64,000 nucleotides of DNA, from positions 128,001 to 192,000 of the forward strand of contig CBDCTZ010000016.1 of NCBI GenBank assembly GCA_965222375.1. The letters run 5' to 3'. Below the pieces are notes generated by a model. It was not told the origin of the DNA. It searched no databases and saw nothing but the letters and a program-made list of their open reading frames with translations. The stretch comes from Polyangiaceae bacterium. Lineage in GTDB: Bacteria; Myxococcota_A; Polyangia; Polyangiales; Polyangiaceae. Below, in pieces: positions 28,918 to 38,134 of this stretch (within the stretch, counting starts at the first letter, position 1; the number at the start of each line of letters is the position of its first letter). The position numbers and the translations under genes are program-made.

Positions 28918-29541
28918 CTACGCGCTGCCCGCGGGTCTGAGCACTGCGTCGTAGTCTTCCAGCTCGTAGGTGGTTTCTTCGACGCCCGCCTGACGCATCA
29001 GGCCGCGCAGGGCCTCGTGAGCAATCTCCAGGACGTCCCAGCGGGTGCACAAGCTGTAGTACTCGTCCTCGGGCACAGGCGGGATGGCATGGAGGCGCGC
29101 TTGCATCACGTCGCGTTCGTCGGGAGCGAACTGAAGAGCGCCCGAAGGCCCGCCGTCGGCCACACCCGAGGTCAACGCCTCGTGAGCAACGCCTAAGGGA
29201 TTGAAGGCCAGGAAGACATCACTGAAACAGACCCTCCACTCGTGAATGTCAGGGCCCGGCAGATGCCAGAATCCGCCGTGCTCGCGCCGCACCAACTCAC
29301 CGAAGTAAGCACCAACAGACCGAGCGAGCAGGGGCAGTAGCTCGGGTCTCTCGATCGTACTCATTCGCGCCTGGGTCAAGTAATGGTCCACAACGGATAG
29401 GGTGTCCGGATGCAGATCGAGTTCGAAGTCGAGCGCCTGTCGCACGTAGTCCGTGCAGCTCGCGGCAAGGTCCCGCACCTCGTCCGGGCAGCCATCGATA
29501 ATCAGCTTCGGCCGCTGGCCGTCGGGCTCGTCCTCACTCAT
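28918..29541 (-). CDS. Hypothetical protein
   Basis: ATG 29541; helical acidic protein with LSVVDHYL...GAYFGELVRR. Confidence 0.7.
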   Translation of the reverse strand: MSEDEPDGQRPKLIIDGCPDEVRDLAASCTDYVRQALDFELDLHPDTLSVVDHYLTQARMSTIERPELLPLLARSVGAYFGELVRREHGGFWHLPGPDIHEWRVCFSDVFLAFNPLGVAHEALTSGVADGGPSGALQFAPDERDVMQARLHAIPPVPEDEYYSLCTRWDVLEIAHEALRGLMRQAGVEETTYELEDYDAVLRPAGSA

Positions 29542-29742
29542 GTGTATCGCGCCTAGCCTAGCGCTGCGGCGCAGGCGCGCGAAAGCCAGCGTTTTCTCCC
29601 AGCCGGAGCTATCCACATGAAAAAATGCGCAGCACTCGCTTCCCGGGCGGCCCAACTGCCGCCCAAAGGGGCAGATTTCCATCCCAAGAGTTACGTTGCG
29701 TCATGCTAGGAAGTCCCGTGGTACCCTACGAGGCCCCGCCCC

Positions 29743-30480
29743 ATGCGTCTCGGCATTCTCAGCGACATACACGCCAACTATGAAGCGCTGAGCGCCGTCA
29801 TCGAGGCATTCAAGAGCGAAGACATCGACGAGTATTACTGCTTGGGCGACACGGTCGGCTACGGCGGTTCCCCAAACGAGTGCGCGAACCTCGTGCGTGG
29901 TCTCGTCAAGGCGACCATCTTGGGCAACCACGACGCAGCCGTCGCCGGGCGAATGGACTACTCGTACTACTATGAGGCCGCTCGCAACGCCCTCGACACC
30001 CACACGCAGATGCTCTCAAAGGACAACCTCACGTGGTTGACGGATCTACCATATCAGTTGCGCCTTGATGCCGTAAACGTGCTCCTGTGCCACGGCTCGC
30101 CAATGCGCCTCGAGGAGTTCGAGTACATATTCGCTCCGGAGCAGGCCCGGGAATGCCTGCCCATCTTCGAGGACTTGGGCCACATCACGCTGATCGGCCA
30201 CTCGCATCTATGCAAGGTCTTCGCGCTGACCACCGACACGGTAGAGGAACTGCCCCCCGTGGACTTCTCTTTGGAGGCAGGCAAGAAGTACATCGTCAGC
30301 GTGGGCTCGGTTGGGCAACCGCGGGACTACGACAATCGCGCTAGCTTCACCGTCTACGATTCAGACAAGAAGCGATTCGAGTTCAAGCGGGTCGAGTACG
30401 ACATCGAAACCGCCGCTGACAAGGTGCTACGGGCCAAGCTGGAGCGTAACTTCGCTCATCGCCTGTTCATCGGCGTTTGA
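29743..30480 (+). CDS. Metallophosphoesterase (calcineurin-like)
   Basis: DIHAN, LGDTVGYG, GNHD, HGSP, GHSH and GSVGQPRD. Confidence 0.93.
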   Translation: MRLGILSDIHANYEALSAVIEAFKSEDIDEYYCLGDTVGYGGSPNECANLVRGLVKATILGNHDAAVAGRMDYSYYYEAARNALDTHTQMLSKDNLTWLTDLPYQLRLDAVNVLLCHGSPMRLEEFEYIFAPEQARECLPIFEDLGHITLIGHSHLCKVFALTTDTVEELPPVDFSLEAGKKYIVSVGSVGQPRDYDNRASFTVYDSDKKRFEFKRVEYDIETAADKVLRAKLERNFAHRLFIGV

Positions 30481-30487
30481 GTCGTCG

Positions 30488-32428
30488 GTGCTCCGGAACG
30501 GACTCGTCGCACTTGCACTAGGAGCCTGCACGGCCACGCCGCCAGGCCCAGCGTCCGGCCTGCGCCCCGGGCCCGGACCGGTGCTGCTCCCAAGCGAGCC
30601 GTCAACCACCCCGCCTGAACCGTTCATACGTCAGTCGGTCGAGTTCGGGGAGGCGCGACTCAGCTTGGGGTCGTCGGCTGTTGCGCTAGCCGCCGCACCG
30701 CGAACCACTCGCTTCTTGGTGCTTGCTCACCCTTACGTGTTTGTCGTGGACGCGACGGCGAACAAAGTGCTGCACGAGTGGCGGCAACCTTGTTTCAACG
30801 GAGTCGCAGGCGCTTGGACCAGTAATGGGGCTTCGGTTCTTATCGTGTGCAACAGCGAGAATCAGAAGAGCCAAGTCGTGCGGGCGTCGCCGCAGGGACG
30901 TCCGTTGTGGCGCAGCGAGGTTGATGGCCGGGTCCACAGTATTGCGTCGTTCGGGGATCGCATTCTTTTGGGTACGGAGAGCAGCGCGCAAGGCAGCGCC
31001 ACCAAGTCCGGGCTGTGGGCCGGAGGAGTCAGAACTGGCCGGTTTCGCCTCGTGCAGCCCGGCATGCACGCAGAGGACATCGGTTTCTTCGATGAGGGTA
31101 CGGCCGTAGTTTTGGATGACCGAGGCTCCGTATTTCGCGTGGACCTGGACACCCGACGGACGACACGTTTCGATCACGGACACAGCGTCAGGGTCGCGCC
31201 CCAGTCGCGCGTCGCGGTCGTATCCAGATCCGATGGCTTGGTGGTCTACCATCGAACGTTGACGAAACCGGCCGCATTGGGCAAAACTCCTGTGTCTGCG
31301 CGGAAGAGCGAGGACGAACCTGGCCAGTTTCGCGTCCGTGGGCTCAGCTCCGATGGCGTCTTCCTACTGCTATCCGCCGCAATGAAGGGCACCCACGAAG
31401 TCTGGAAACGAAGCGGCAAGCAGCTGCGACGTATCGCGAGGCTCCGTTCTGATGGCGGAATGGCTGGTCTCAGTTGGGATGGCAAACGGGTTGCAACCTT
31501 CGGCCTCTATAACGACGTCGTTCGTTTTCGCTCCGCAGTGGACCCAGACGCGCGATGGACGGCGCACGATGCTCGAATTGGCGCGCTGGCGGCATCCGCC
31601 GACGGCAAGCGCATCGCTAGCGTCGACGTGTCTGGGCGGCTGTTCGTCTGGGACCGGCAGCGAGGCAAAGTTCTGCACACCAGCAAGCCGTTTGGAATCC
31701 TGGGCTTTGGGAATCAATCCCTGCGCTGGTCGGCACTGAACGCTCTGACGCTGTACAATCGTGGACGGCGCGTAAGGCTCGATGTCGACACGGGTGTTTC
31801 ACGGGAAGACCGCAACCCCTTTCCCCGCGGAACCATCCAGGCCGGAGGCACTTCCCTCGTGGTGCTGCCCAACGGTGGCGCGAGACTATGGCAGTTGGGC
31901 CAGGCGCCGAAACTGCTAGTCGGAGTGCTAGATCCGATCTGCAAGCAAGCGACCGCCTCCTTGACTGGCGCTGTCGCCTGCACGAATGGCGAAAGCCTCG
32001 CCGTTTGGAACCGTCTGGGGCGTCAACTGCTCCACGTGAAGTCGGATTCGTCAATCCGCGCGCTCGCCCTTTCTACGGATGGCCGCCGGGTCGTCAGTCT
32101 TCACGCAGATCCAGCGACCGTGCCTCCAGCACCCAGCGAGCGAATCGAGGTGCGTGACCTCAGGACAGGCCAACTCCGGTCTACTACCCTGCTACCAAGG
32201 CGAAACGACCTGGTTGGCGACTCGATACTGCTGAGCCCAACAGCGAGAAGGGTGGGCATAATCGGGCGATCGGCCTCGACCGGCAGAGCGGAGCTCAGGC
32301 TCTTCGACCTCGAGAAACGGCAAGCGCCGGCGGTGTTCGGAAAAAACATGACGGTCGCGCGATTCCTGAGCGACACAGAAGTGCTGGTGGCGGCCTACGC
32401 TACGCCAGTGATCTGGACAGTCCCGTGA
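30488..32428 (+). CDS. WD40/beta-propeller lipoprotein
   Basis: ALGAC lipobox; AHDARIGALAASADGKRIASVD...VWD repeat. Confidence 0.7.
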   Translation: MLRNGLVALALGACTATPPGPASGLRPGPGPVLLPSEPSTTPPEPFIRQSVEFGEARLSLGSSAVALAAAPRTTRFLVLAHPYVFVVDATANKVLHEWRQPCFNGVAGAWTSNGASVLIVCNSENQKSQVVRASPQGRPLWRSEVDGRVHSIASFGDRILLGTESSAQGSATKSGLWAGGVRTGRFRLVQPGMHAEDIGFFDEGTAVVLDDRGSVFRVDLDTRRTTRFDHGHSVRVAPQSRVAVVSRSDGLVVYHRTLTKPAALGKTPVSARKSEDEPGQFRVRGLSSDGVFLLLSAAMKGTHEVWKRSGKQLRRIARLRSDGGMAGLSWDGKRVATFGLYNDVVRFRSAVDPDARWTAHDARIGALAASADGKRIASVDVSGRLFVWDRQRGKVLHTSKPFGILGFGNQSLRWSALNALTLYNRGRRVRLDVDTGVSREDRNPFPRGTIQAGGTSLVVLPNGGARLWQLGQAPKLLVGVLDPICKQATASLTGAVACTNGESLAVWNRLGRQLLHVKSDSSIRALALSTDGRRVVSLHADPATVPPAPSERIEVRDLRTGQLRSTTLLPRRNDLVGDSILLSPTARRVGIIGRSASTGRAELRLFDLEKRQAPAVFGKNMTVARFLSDTEVLVAAYATPVIWTVP

Positions 32429-32489
32429 CAACCTCGCAGAGGCTACTTTCCGGGCCACACCGTCGCAATGCCGGGCGTCACGCCAGGCA

Positions 32490-33254
32490 TCAGCCAGGAA
32501 ACCACGGGTCGCGGTGGGGCCCGGTGCTGTTGGGAGGCATGCGTACCCGCGGCGCTTGACGGAACTGTCGCCACTGAGCCCGACGCTTCGGTGTCTTGCC
32601 CTGAAGCATGGGCTTGATCGCGACTAGACCCGCCATAAAGCCACCAATGTGGGCGAAGAACGCAACCCCACCCATGCTGGCCGCTCCAAGGGAGCCGACC
32701 CCACGCAGCAGGTTCCAAACGAACCACTCACCAACCACGACCCACGCCGGCAACACGAAGAACACACCCAGAATGAACCAGAGCGGCAAGATGGGATTGA
32801 GCACGTGGATGGGTGCTCGTGGGTACAGGACCAAGTAGGCCGCCAAGATCCCCGCGATGGCACCAGACGCACCGACCATGGGAATGGTGCTCTCGGGGTT
32901 GACCATCATCTGGGCAGCGGCAGCCACGAGGCCGGCTAAAAAGTAGAATCCGATGAATCGCTTCTTGCCCAGAGCATCTTCGACGTTGTCGCCGAAGATG
33001 TAGAGGAAGAGCATGTTGCCACCCAGGTGCTCCCACCCCCCGTGCATGAACATGCTGCTGAAGACGGTCCAGACCTCGCCAACGGGATCGGAAAGAAACC
33101 GCGCAGGCACCAAGCCGTAGGCGTGGATGACCTGCGGCCCCTGCGTTCGAACGAACAGCCATTCGATGAGAAAGACCACCACATTGAGGGCGATGAGCAC
33201 AGGGGTCACGACCGGGCGCGTGCTACTGGGGTTTTCATCACGCACCGGAATCAC
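32490..33254 (-). CDS. Rhomboid intramembrane serine protease
   Basis: FMHGGWEHLGGNM, GASG and AHIGG. Confidence 0.95.
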   Translation of the reverse strand: MIPVRDENPSSTRPVVTPVLIALNVVVFLIEWLFVRTQGPQVIHAYGLVPARFLSDPVGEVWTVFSSMFMHGGWEHLGGNMLFLYIFGDNVEDALGKKRFIGFYFLAGLVAAAAQMMVNPESTIPMVGASGAIAGILAAYLVLYPRAPIHVLNPILPLWFILGVFFVLPAWVVVGEWFVWNLLRGVGSLGAASMGGVAFFAHIGGFMAGLVAIKPMLQGKTPKRRAQWRQFRQAPRVRMPPNSTGPHRDPWFPG

Positions 33255-33362
33255 GACGCCCTCAACATAAGCACCCCTGGGGAGTGTGCGACCCCCGGGG
33301 CCCTCCGGCCCTCCGGCCTGGCTTATCGCAGGCGGCGGTCGTGCTAACGTCGCCAGCCCGCA

Positions 33363-33854
33363 ATGCCCCGGAGCTGGTCGTTTCTAGTCATTGTCGCAGC
33401 CGCTGTGGGCTGCGGTGGTCCCCATTTCGACGGCCGGACTTACCGAAACGACAGCATGGCATTCCAGGTTGGGTCGATTCCATCCAGCTGGCGGGAGCTG
33501 CGGGCCAGCCATGCCCTGCTCGCGTTCCGCGACGACGCCCAATCGGCGACGATTGGCGTCAATGGGCGCTGTGGGAAGGACGGCGATGACGTCCCCCTAG
33601 AAGCGCTGACCCACCACCTTTTCCTCCACTTCACCGACCGGGAAGTCATCAGCCAGAAGACCCTGACCTTGGACGGACGCGACGCCATGCGCACCGAGAT
33701 GCTGGCGGAGTTGGACGGCGTGCCAAAGAGGTTCACAATCTACGTTCTCAAGAAGGACGGCTGCGTCTACGACATGTTGCACATCGCGGACCGCCCAGGG
33801 GGCGGGCAGGCCCAATTCGATAGTTTCGTCACTGGCTTCCGGACACTCCAATGA
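33363..33854 (+). CDS. Hypothetical lipoprotein
   Basis: AVGC lipobox; translationally coupled to the mlaE-like gene. Confidence 0.75.
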   Translation: MPRSWSFLVIVAAAVGCGGPHFDGRTYRNDSMAFQVGSIPSSWRELRASHALLAFRDDAQSATIGVNGRCGKDGDDVPLEALTHHLFLHFTDREVISQKTLTLDGRDAMRTEMLAELDGVPKRFTIYVLKKDGCVYDMLHIADRPGGGQAQFDSFVTGFRTLQ

Positions 33855-34714
33855 ATCCCACCGAGCCCATCGATCCACGGCCATCCATCCCGCCTTCGGG
33901 ACGAATGAGCTTTGTGCCGGGCCCCCCGCCGGACGCGGTGTCAGGGCTTTCGAAGCGTGTCTTGGGTTTCTTGGATCACCTCGGCGTGATGACCATGATG
34001 GCGATCCGCACCACTCGCGCGTTGTTTCGCCGACCCTTCGAAGGCCGCGCCATCATCACGCAGATCGAAAGCCTGGGCGTGCGTTCCCTGGGCATCGTGG
34101 TGGTCACCAGCGTCTTCATCGGCATGGTCATGGCCGTGCAATTCGCCTTTGGCCTGCGCAAGTTCGGCGGCATGGAATACACCGGGCGCGTCGTGGGGCT
34201 GTCCTTCGCAAGGGAGCTCGCGCCTACGTTGACCGCGGTCATCGTGGGCGGGCGGATCGGCGCTGGCATGGCGGCGGAAGTCGGCTCTATGGCCGTCACT
34301 GAGCAAATTGACGCGCTGCGCGCCCTCGGCGCCGACCCCTACAAGAAGCTCGTCTTGCCCAGGCTGGTTGCCAGCACCCTGGTCATGCCCATTCTCGCCG
34401 GCATCGCCCTCGTGCTCGGCTTCGGGGGCGCGATGTTCATCACGGACTTTCAATTCAACATCCCTTCCGGCTTCTTTCTGCGGAGCGCGCTCGGCACGGT
34501 CACGATCCGAGACATCTTGAGCGGGATGATCAAAACGCCCGTGTTCGGATCCATCATCGCCTTGGTGGGATGCCATTTCGGGATGACCACGCGTGGAGGG
34601 ACCGCTGGCGTCGGCAACAGCACGACGCGGACGGTCGTGGTGATATCCATCACTATCCTGATCGCCGACTTCTTCTTGACGAAGGTGTCGCTCTCCTTGC
34701 TGCCGATCATATGA
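33851..34714 (+). CDS. mlaE: MlaE-family ABC transporter permease
   Basis: RELAPTLTA...GRIGAGMAAEVGSMAVTEQIDALRALG...LVLPR. Confidence 0.92.
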   Translation: MNPTEPIDPRPSIPPSGRMSFVPGPPPDAVSGLSKRVLGFLDHLGVMTMMAIRTTRALFRRPFEGRAIITQIESLGVRSLGIVVVTSVFIGMVMAVQFAFGLRKFGGMEYTGRVVGLSFARELAPTLTAVIVGGRIGAGMAAEVGSMAVTEQIDALRALGADPYKKLVLPRLVASTLVMPILAGIALVLGFGGAMFITDFQFNIPSGFFLRSALGTVTIRDILSGMIKTPVFGSIIALVGCHFGMTTRGGTAGVGNSTTRTVVVISITILIADFFLTKVSLSLLPII

Positions 34715-35052
34715 GGGGTCAGTGCGCCTTGTTGCTGGCGGCTTTGGCCTGGGGCTGCAGCGGAGATGAAGAGCGCCCGCCGGAATTGGTGGGAACCGGC
34801 GTGGACAACCCCAAAACCTGCAGCCAAATCCGGACCGGGACTCCACAAAAGGGGCGGGTGGTGCTTTCTGGGGAAGTCGCGCGCTGCGAGCCCGACGGCC
34901 TGGCCTGCGCCCTGAACGACGTGTCGAGTTTTGGGGGCGTTTGCGACCCACAAAAGGCCGTGGAGGCGTCATGTGAGCAGGCGTTCTGGATCCTGACTTG
35001 CGTGGAAAGACCCGACGCCGGCGCCCCCTTAGACGCTGGCGGCGCGGATTGA
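34711..35052 (+). CDS. Small Cys-rich lipoprotein
   Basis: ATG overlaps the mlaE stop; LAWGC lipobox. Confidence 0.65.
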   Translation: MRGQCALLLAALAWGCSGDEERPPELVGTGVDNPKTCSQIRTGTPQKGRVVLSGEVARCEPDGLACALNDVSSFGGVCDPQKAVEASCEQAFWILTCVERPDAGAPLDAGGAD

Positions 35053-35077
35053 GCTGTACGCAACAAGCAAGGTTGCC

Positions 35078-35106
35078 TTGACCCGAACCGGGCCTGTCCC
35101 TACCTT
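35078..35106 (+). promoter_or_regulatory. Sigma70-type promoter of the MerR operon
   Basis: TTGACC-N17-TACCTT, then GGGAG RBS and TTG start at 35126. Confidence 0.55.
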
Positions 35107-35125
35107 TTTGCTCGGGAGAATAGCT

Positions 35126-35659
35126 TTGGGCCCACGAAGAAAAGCGGCAACCACAGCCGAGCGCGGGGCGACCCGGCGGCGCGACGGGCTGCTCACCACC
35201 GGCGACATGGCGCGCCGATCTGGCAGTACCCTACGTACCGTCAGGTTTTACGAAGAGGCCGGGATTCTGAAGCCCACTCAGAGAACTGAGGGCGGGCATC
35301 GCCTATTCGAAGCCTCGGGGCTGGACAAGCTGCGGCTGGTCTCCGACCTGCGCTCCGCGGGGTTTTCCCTAGACGAGATTCGGGGCGTGCTGGAAACGAA
35401 ACGAGCCGCCCCCACTGGCGCGGTTGCCTCTACGGACGTGCTCGAGAAGTTGAACGATCAGATCGGCCGCATGCAAGAACGGGTCAACCTGCTGCAGCGG
35501 CTGATCAGCCAGTTGACCGAAGCTCGTGAGGTGCTCGAGCGCTGTCAGCAGTGTACCAACACCGTGAACTTCCCCAACGACTGTGGAGAGTGCAAGACGC
35601 TATCGGACGTCGAACCAGTGCCCGCCGCCGTGAGTGTACTCTGGGACGTGAACCGCTGA
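35126..35659 (+). CDS. MerR-family transcriptional regulator
   Basis: TTGDMARRSGSTLRTVRFYEEAGIL...GGHRLF; C-terminal CQQC...CGEC. Confidence 0.9.
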   Translation: MGPRRKAATTAERGATRRRDGLLTTGDMARRSGSTLRTVRFYEEAGILKPTQRTEGGHRLFEASGLDKLRLVSDLRSAGFSLDEIRGVLETKRAAPTGAVASTDVLEKLNDQIGRMQERVNLLQRLISQLTEAREVLERCQQCTNTVNFPNDCGECKTLSDVEPVPAAVSVLWDVNR

Positions 35660-35666
35660 GTCGCCG

Positions 35667-36098
35667 ATGACCTCGCCGCGCGTGTTTTCCATTGCCGAGG
35701 TGGACGCGTTGATTCCAAAACTCAACTCTCTGGTGACTCGTCAACTCGAGCGCCAGACGGAGATCGAGCAGGGGCTCTCGGATCTCGCCAAACGTGCGGG
35801 AGGCTTGCCGCGCACCCTCGACGAAGACGACGCCGACGATGCGGAGATGGCAGGCCTGAAGTCCGAGTTGCGAAAGCGCATCGAGCGCTACGAGCGAGGC
35901 TGGTCCGATGTGACGGAACTTGGCGCGGTGGTGAAGGACCCCGACGTCGGACTCGTGGACTTCTACGGGCGCCTGGACGGTCGATTGGTCTGGTACTGCT
36001 GGCGCCTCGGCGAAGAATCTCTGCGCTACTATCACGAACTGGACGCAGGGTTTTCGGCCCGCCGCCGCCTGCGTCCAGAAGCGAGGCGCCCGAACTAG
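35667..36098 (+). CDS. DUF2203-like protein
   Basis: FSIAEVDALIP...GAVVKDPDVGLVDF...CWRLGE...YYHELDAGFSARR. Confidence 0.8.
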   Translation: MTSPRVFSIAEVDALIPKLNSLVTRQLERQTEIEQGLSDLAKRAGGLPRTLDEDDADDAEMAGLKSELRKRIERYERGWSDVTELGAVVKDPDVGLVDFYGRLDGRLVWYCWRLGEESLRYYHELDAGFSARRRLRPEARRPN

Positions 36099-36100
36099 TC

Positions 36101-36661
36101 ATGCCCATCGACCGACCCGCAGCCGAGCGCGCCATCTCGGACTTCCTGCGCGCACTGGGCCACGATCCGAGCACGTCACCAGAATTGCAGGGCACGCCAG
36201 GCCGAGTCACGGAAGCCTTCGCGGATGATCTTTTGTCGGGCTACGCGGTCGACGTTCCAAGCTTGCTCGCGACGGGATCTGAAGCCCAAGACGGCCTGGT
36301 CGTACTGCGAGGGGTTGCCGTTTCCACCGTCTGCCCCCATCACTTGCTGCCATCCATGGGCACGGCCACACTGGCCTATGTCCCGGGAACGCGACTGTTC
36401 GGGCTCGGTACGCTCGCCAAGCTGGTCGACGCGTTTTGCCGGCGCCTCGCCCTGCAGGAAGAGATCGGACAAAACGTCGTACAGGCCCTGACGCAGTATG
36501 GCGACACCAAGGGCGCGTTTTGCAGTCTGGAGCTGGCGCATGCCTGTCTAGCCACGCACGGGGAGCGACGACCCGAGGCGCGTGTTGTGACGACCGCGCG
36601 CGCCGGCACACTGCCAGAAGCGGAAATCGCCGCGCTGATTCGTTCGGAAAACGGCCCATGA
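36101..36661 (+). CDS. folE: Divergent GTP cyclohydrolase I
   Basis: TPGRV, CPHHLLP, RRLALQE and HAC motifs. Confidence 0.8.
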   Translation: MPIDRPAAERAISDFLRALGHDPSTSPELQGTPGRVTEAFADDLLSGYAVDVPSLLATGSEAQDGLVVLRGVAVSTVCPHHLLPSMGTATLAYVPGTRLFGLGTLAKLVDAFCRRLALQEEIGQNVVQALTQYGDTKGAFCSLELAHACLATHGERRPEARVVTTARAGTLPEAEIAALIRSENGP

Positions 36662-37338
36662 CGCGAGTCGCCATTACCGGCGCGAGCCGCGGTATCGGTC
36701 GGGCCACAGCCTTTCGCCTCGCCGCACGGGGAGCCTCCTTGGAGCTCGTCGGTCGTACGTCCAGGGCACTGGATGAGGTCGCAGCCGAGCTATCAGCCAC
36801 GGGAACCGACGTCCACGTCATCCCCTGTGATCTGGCCCTTACAGCCGAAGTGTTGGGCGCCGGCGAGGAACTAGCGAAGCGAGGCGTACCGGACGCTCTG
36901 ATCAACAACGCGGCTGTCATCGAGCGCAAACCCCTCGAAGAACTGACAGCACAAAGCGTGGACCACCACTTCGCGGTCAACCTCCGCGCACCGATCCTCC
37001 TGTCCAAGGCCGTGCTGCCAGCAATGCGAGCTCGAGGCAGTGGCCGAATCGTGCACATCGCGAGCATCTCCGCCACCTTGGGCACGGCCAGCTCGAGCGT
37101 CTACAACGCGACCAAGTGGGGCTTGGTTGGGTTCATGAAGAGCCTGGCCGAAGAACTCAGCGATAGCGGTGTGATGACCTGCGCGGTCTTGCCTGGTTCC
37201 GTGGACACGGAAATGCTCGAAGGAAGCGGGTTTACCCCCCGAATGACGGCCGACCACGTCGCTCATACCATCGAGCACTATGCGCTAGACGCGGCCCTCG
37301 CCCACAACGGCGCCAGCGTAGAGATGTTCGCGACATGA
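36658..37338 (+). CDS. SDR-family oxidoreductase
   Basis: TGASRGIG, NNAA, YNATK and PGSVDT. Confidence 0.93.
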   Translation: MTRVAITGASRGIGRATAFRLAARGASLELVGRTSRALDEVAAELSATGTDVHVIPCDLALTAEVLGAGEELAKRGVPDALINNAAVIERKPLEELTAQSVDHHFAVNLRAPILLSKAVLPAMRARGSGRIVHIASISATLGTASSSVYNATKWGLVGFMKSLAEELSDSGVMTCAVLPGSVDTEMLEGSGFTPRMTADHVAHTIEHYALDAALAHNGASVEMFAT

Positions 37339-37985
37339 CATCGGAGCTGCGACCCGGAGAGGTCCTGAGCGACGTCGCCATCTTCCCATTGCCCGGGGTG
37401 GTTCTCTTCCCGTCGCTGGCGCTTCCGCTACACATTTTCGAACCTCGCTACCGAGCGATGACCGAAGACGTGCTCGAAACCGGCGGCCTGCTCAGTGTCG
37501 TGAAGATCGAAGATGGCGGCCCCACCGAGGCTGACGGCCACCCCCGAATCTGTACCATCGCCGGGATAGGCGAGATCGTCGAGCACCGCAGATATCCCGA
37601 TGGGCGCTTCGACCTCCTGGTGATGGGCAGAGCCCGGGTGCGACTCCATGAAAACGACTTCGAACCACCCTACCGACGGGCGCGCGCAATCGTGTTGGAG
37701 TCCTACACCAAGGGCGCCCTGGACCGAGAGGTCTCGACTCTGATCGACGCCGCCACACGCTTCGCCATGACCCTGCAGCGGGGTGGCTTTGCCAAGGAAG
37801 TTCCCTTGCCTGAGACCAACGATCCGGAACGCCTTGCGGATGAGTGCGCCCACCGCCTCATCATTGACGCCGAGGAGCGCCAAAAGGTACTCGAGACTCT
37901 GGACGTCGCGACGCGCATCCGGGCCTGCGCAACGTCGCTGGTCACGCAGTGCGCGCTTTTGGGCACCAAACAGACCCTGAGCTGA
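37335..37985 (+). CDS. Lon protease N-terminal (substrate-binding) domain protein
   Basis: IFPLPGVVLFP...PLHIFEPRYRAM...DGRFDL; no ATPase or protease domain. Confidence 0.9.
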   Translation: MTSELRPGEVLSDVAIFPLPGVVLFPSLALPLHIFEPRYRAMTEDVLETGGLLSVVKIEDGGPTEADGHPRICTIAGIGEIVEHRRYPDGRFDLLVMGRARVRLHENDFEPPYRRARAIVLESYTKGALDREVSTLIDAATRFAMTLQRGGFAKEVPLPETNDPERLADECAHRLIIDAEERQKVLETLDVATRIRACATSLVTQCALLGTKQTLS

Positions 37986-38006
37986 CTGTCCTGTGGACAA
38001 AAGGAA

Positions 38007-38086
38007 GGGCCCGCCACACTCGCTTTCCCGCTACGGCTGCTCCCTTCCGGGCCTGACCGGGTTCCAGGCGCGCTGTTGGCGGACCC
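38007..38086 (-). ncRNA. ffs: Small bacterial SRP RNA (4.5S)
   Basis: Minus strand contains CCCGGTCAGGCCCGGAAGGGAGCAGCC (helix 8) closed by a GGGTCCGCCA/TGGCGGGCCC stem. Ends approximate. Confidence 0.92.
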
Positions 38087-38134
38087 ACACGCCCAACTTC
38101 TTGGGCAGGAGCGGACAAGTAGCGCAGCCGCTGA

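Noticed and set aside
37992..38000. Single DnaA-box-like TTGTCCACA (minus strand)
   Set aside because: Isolated 9-mer compatible with chance.
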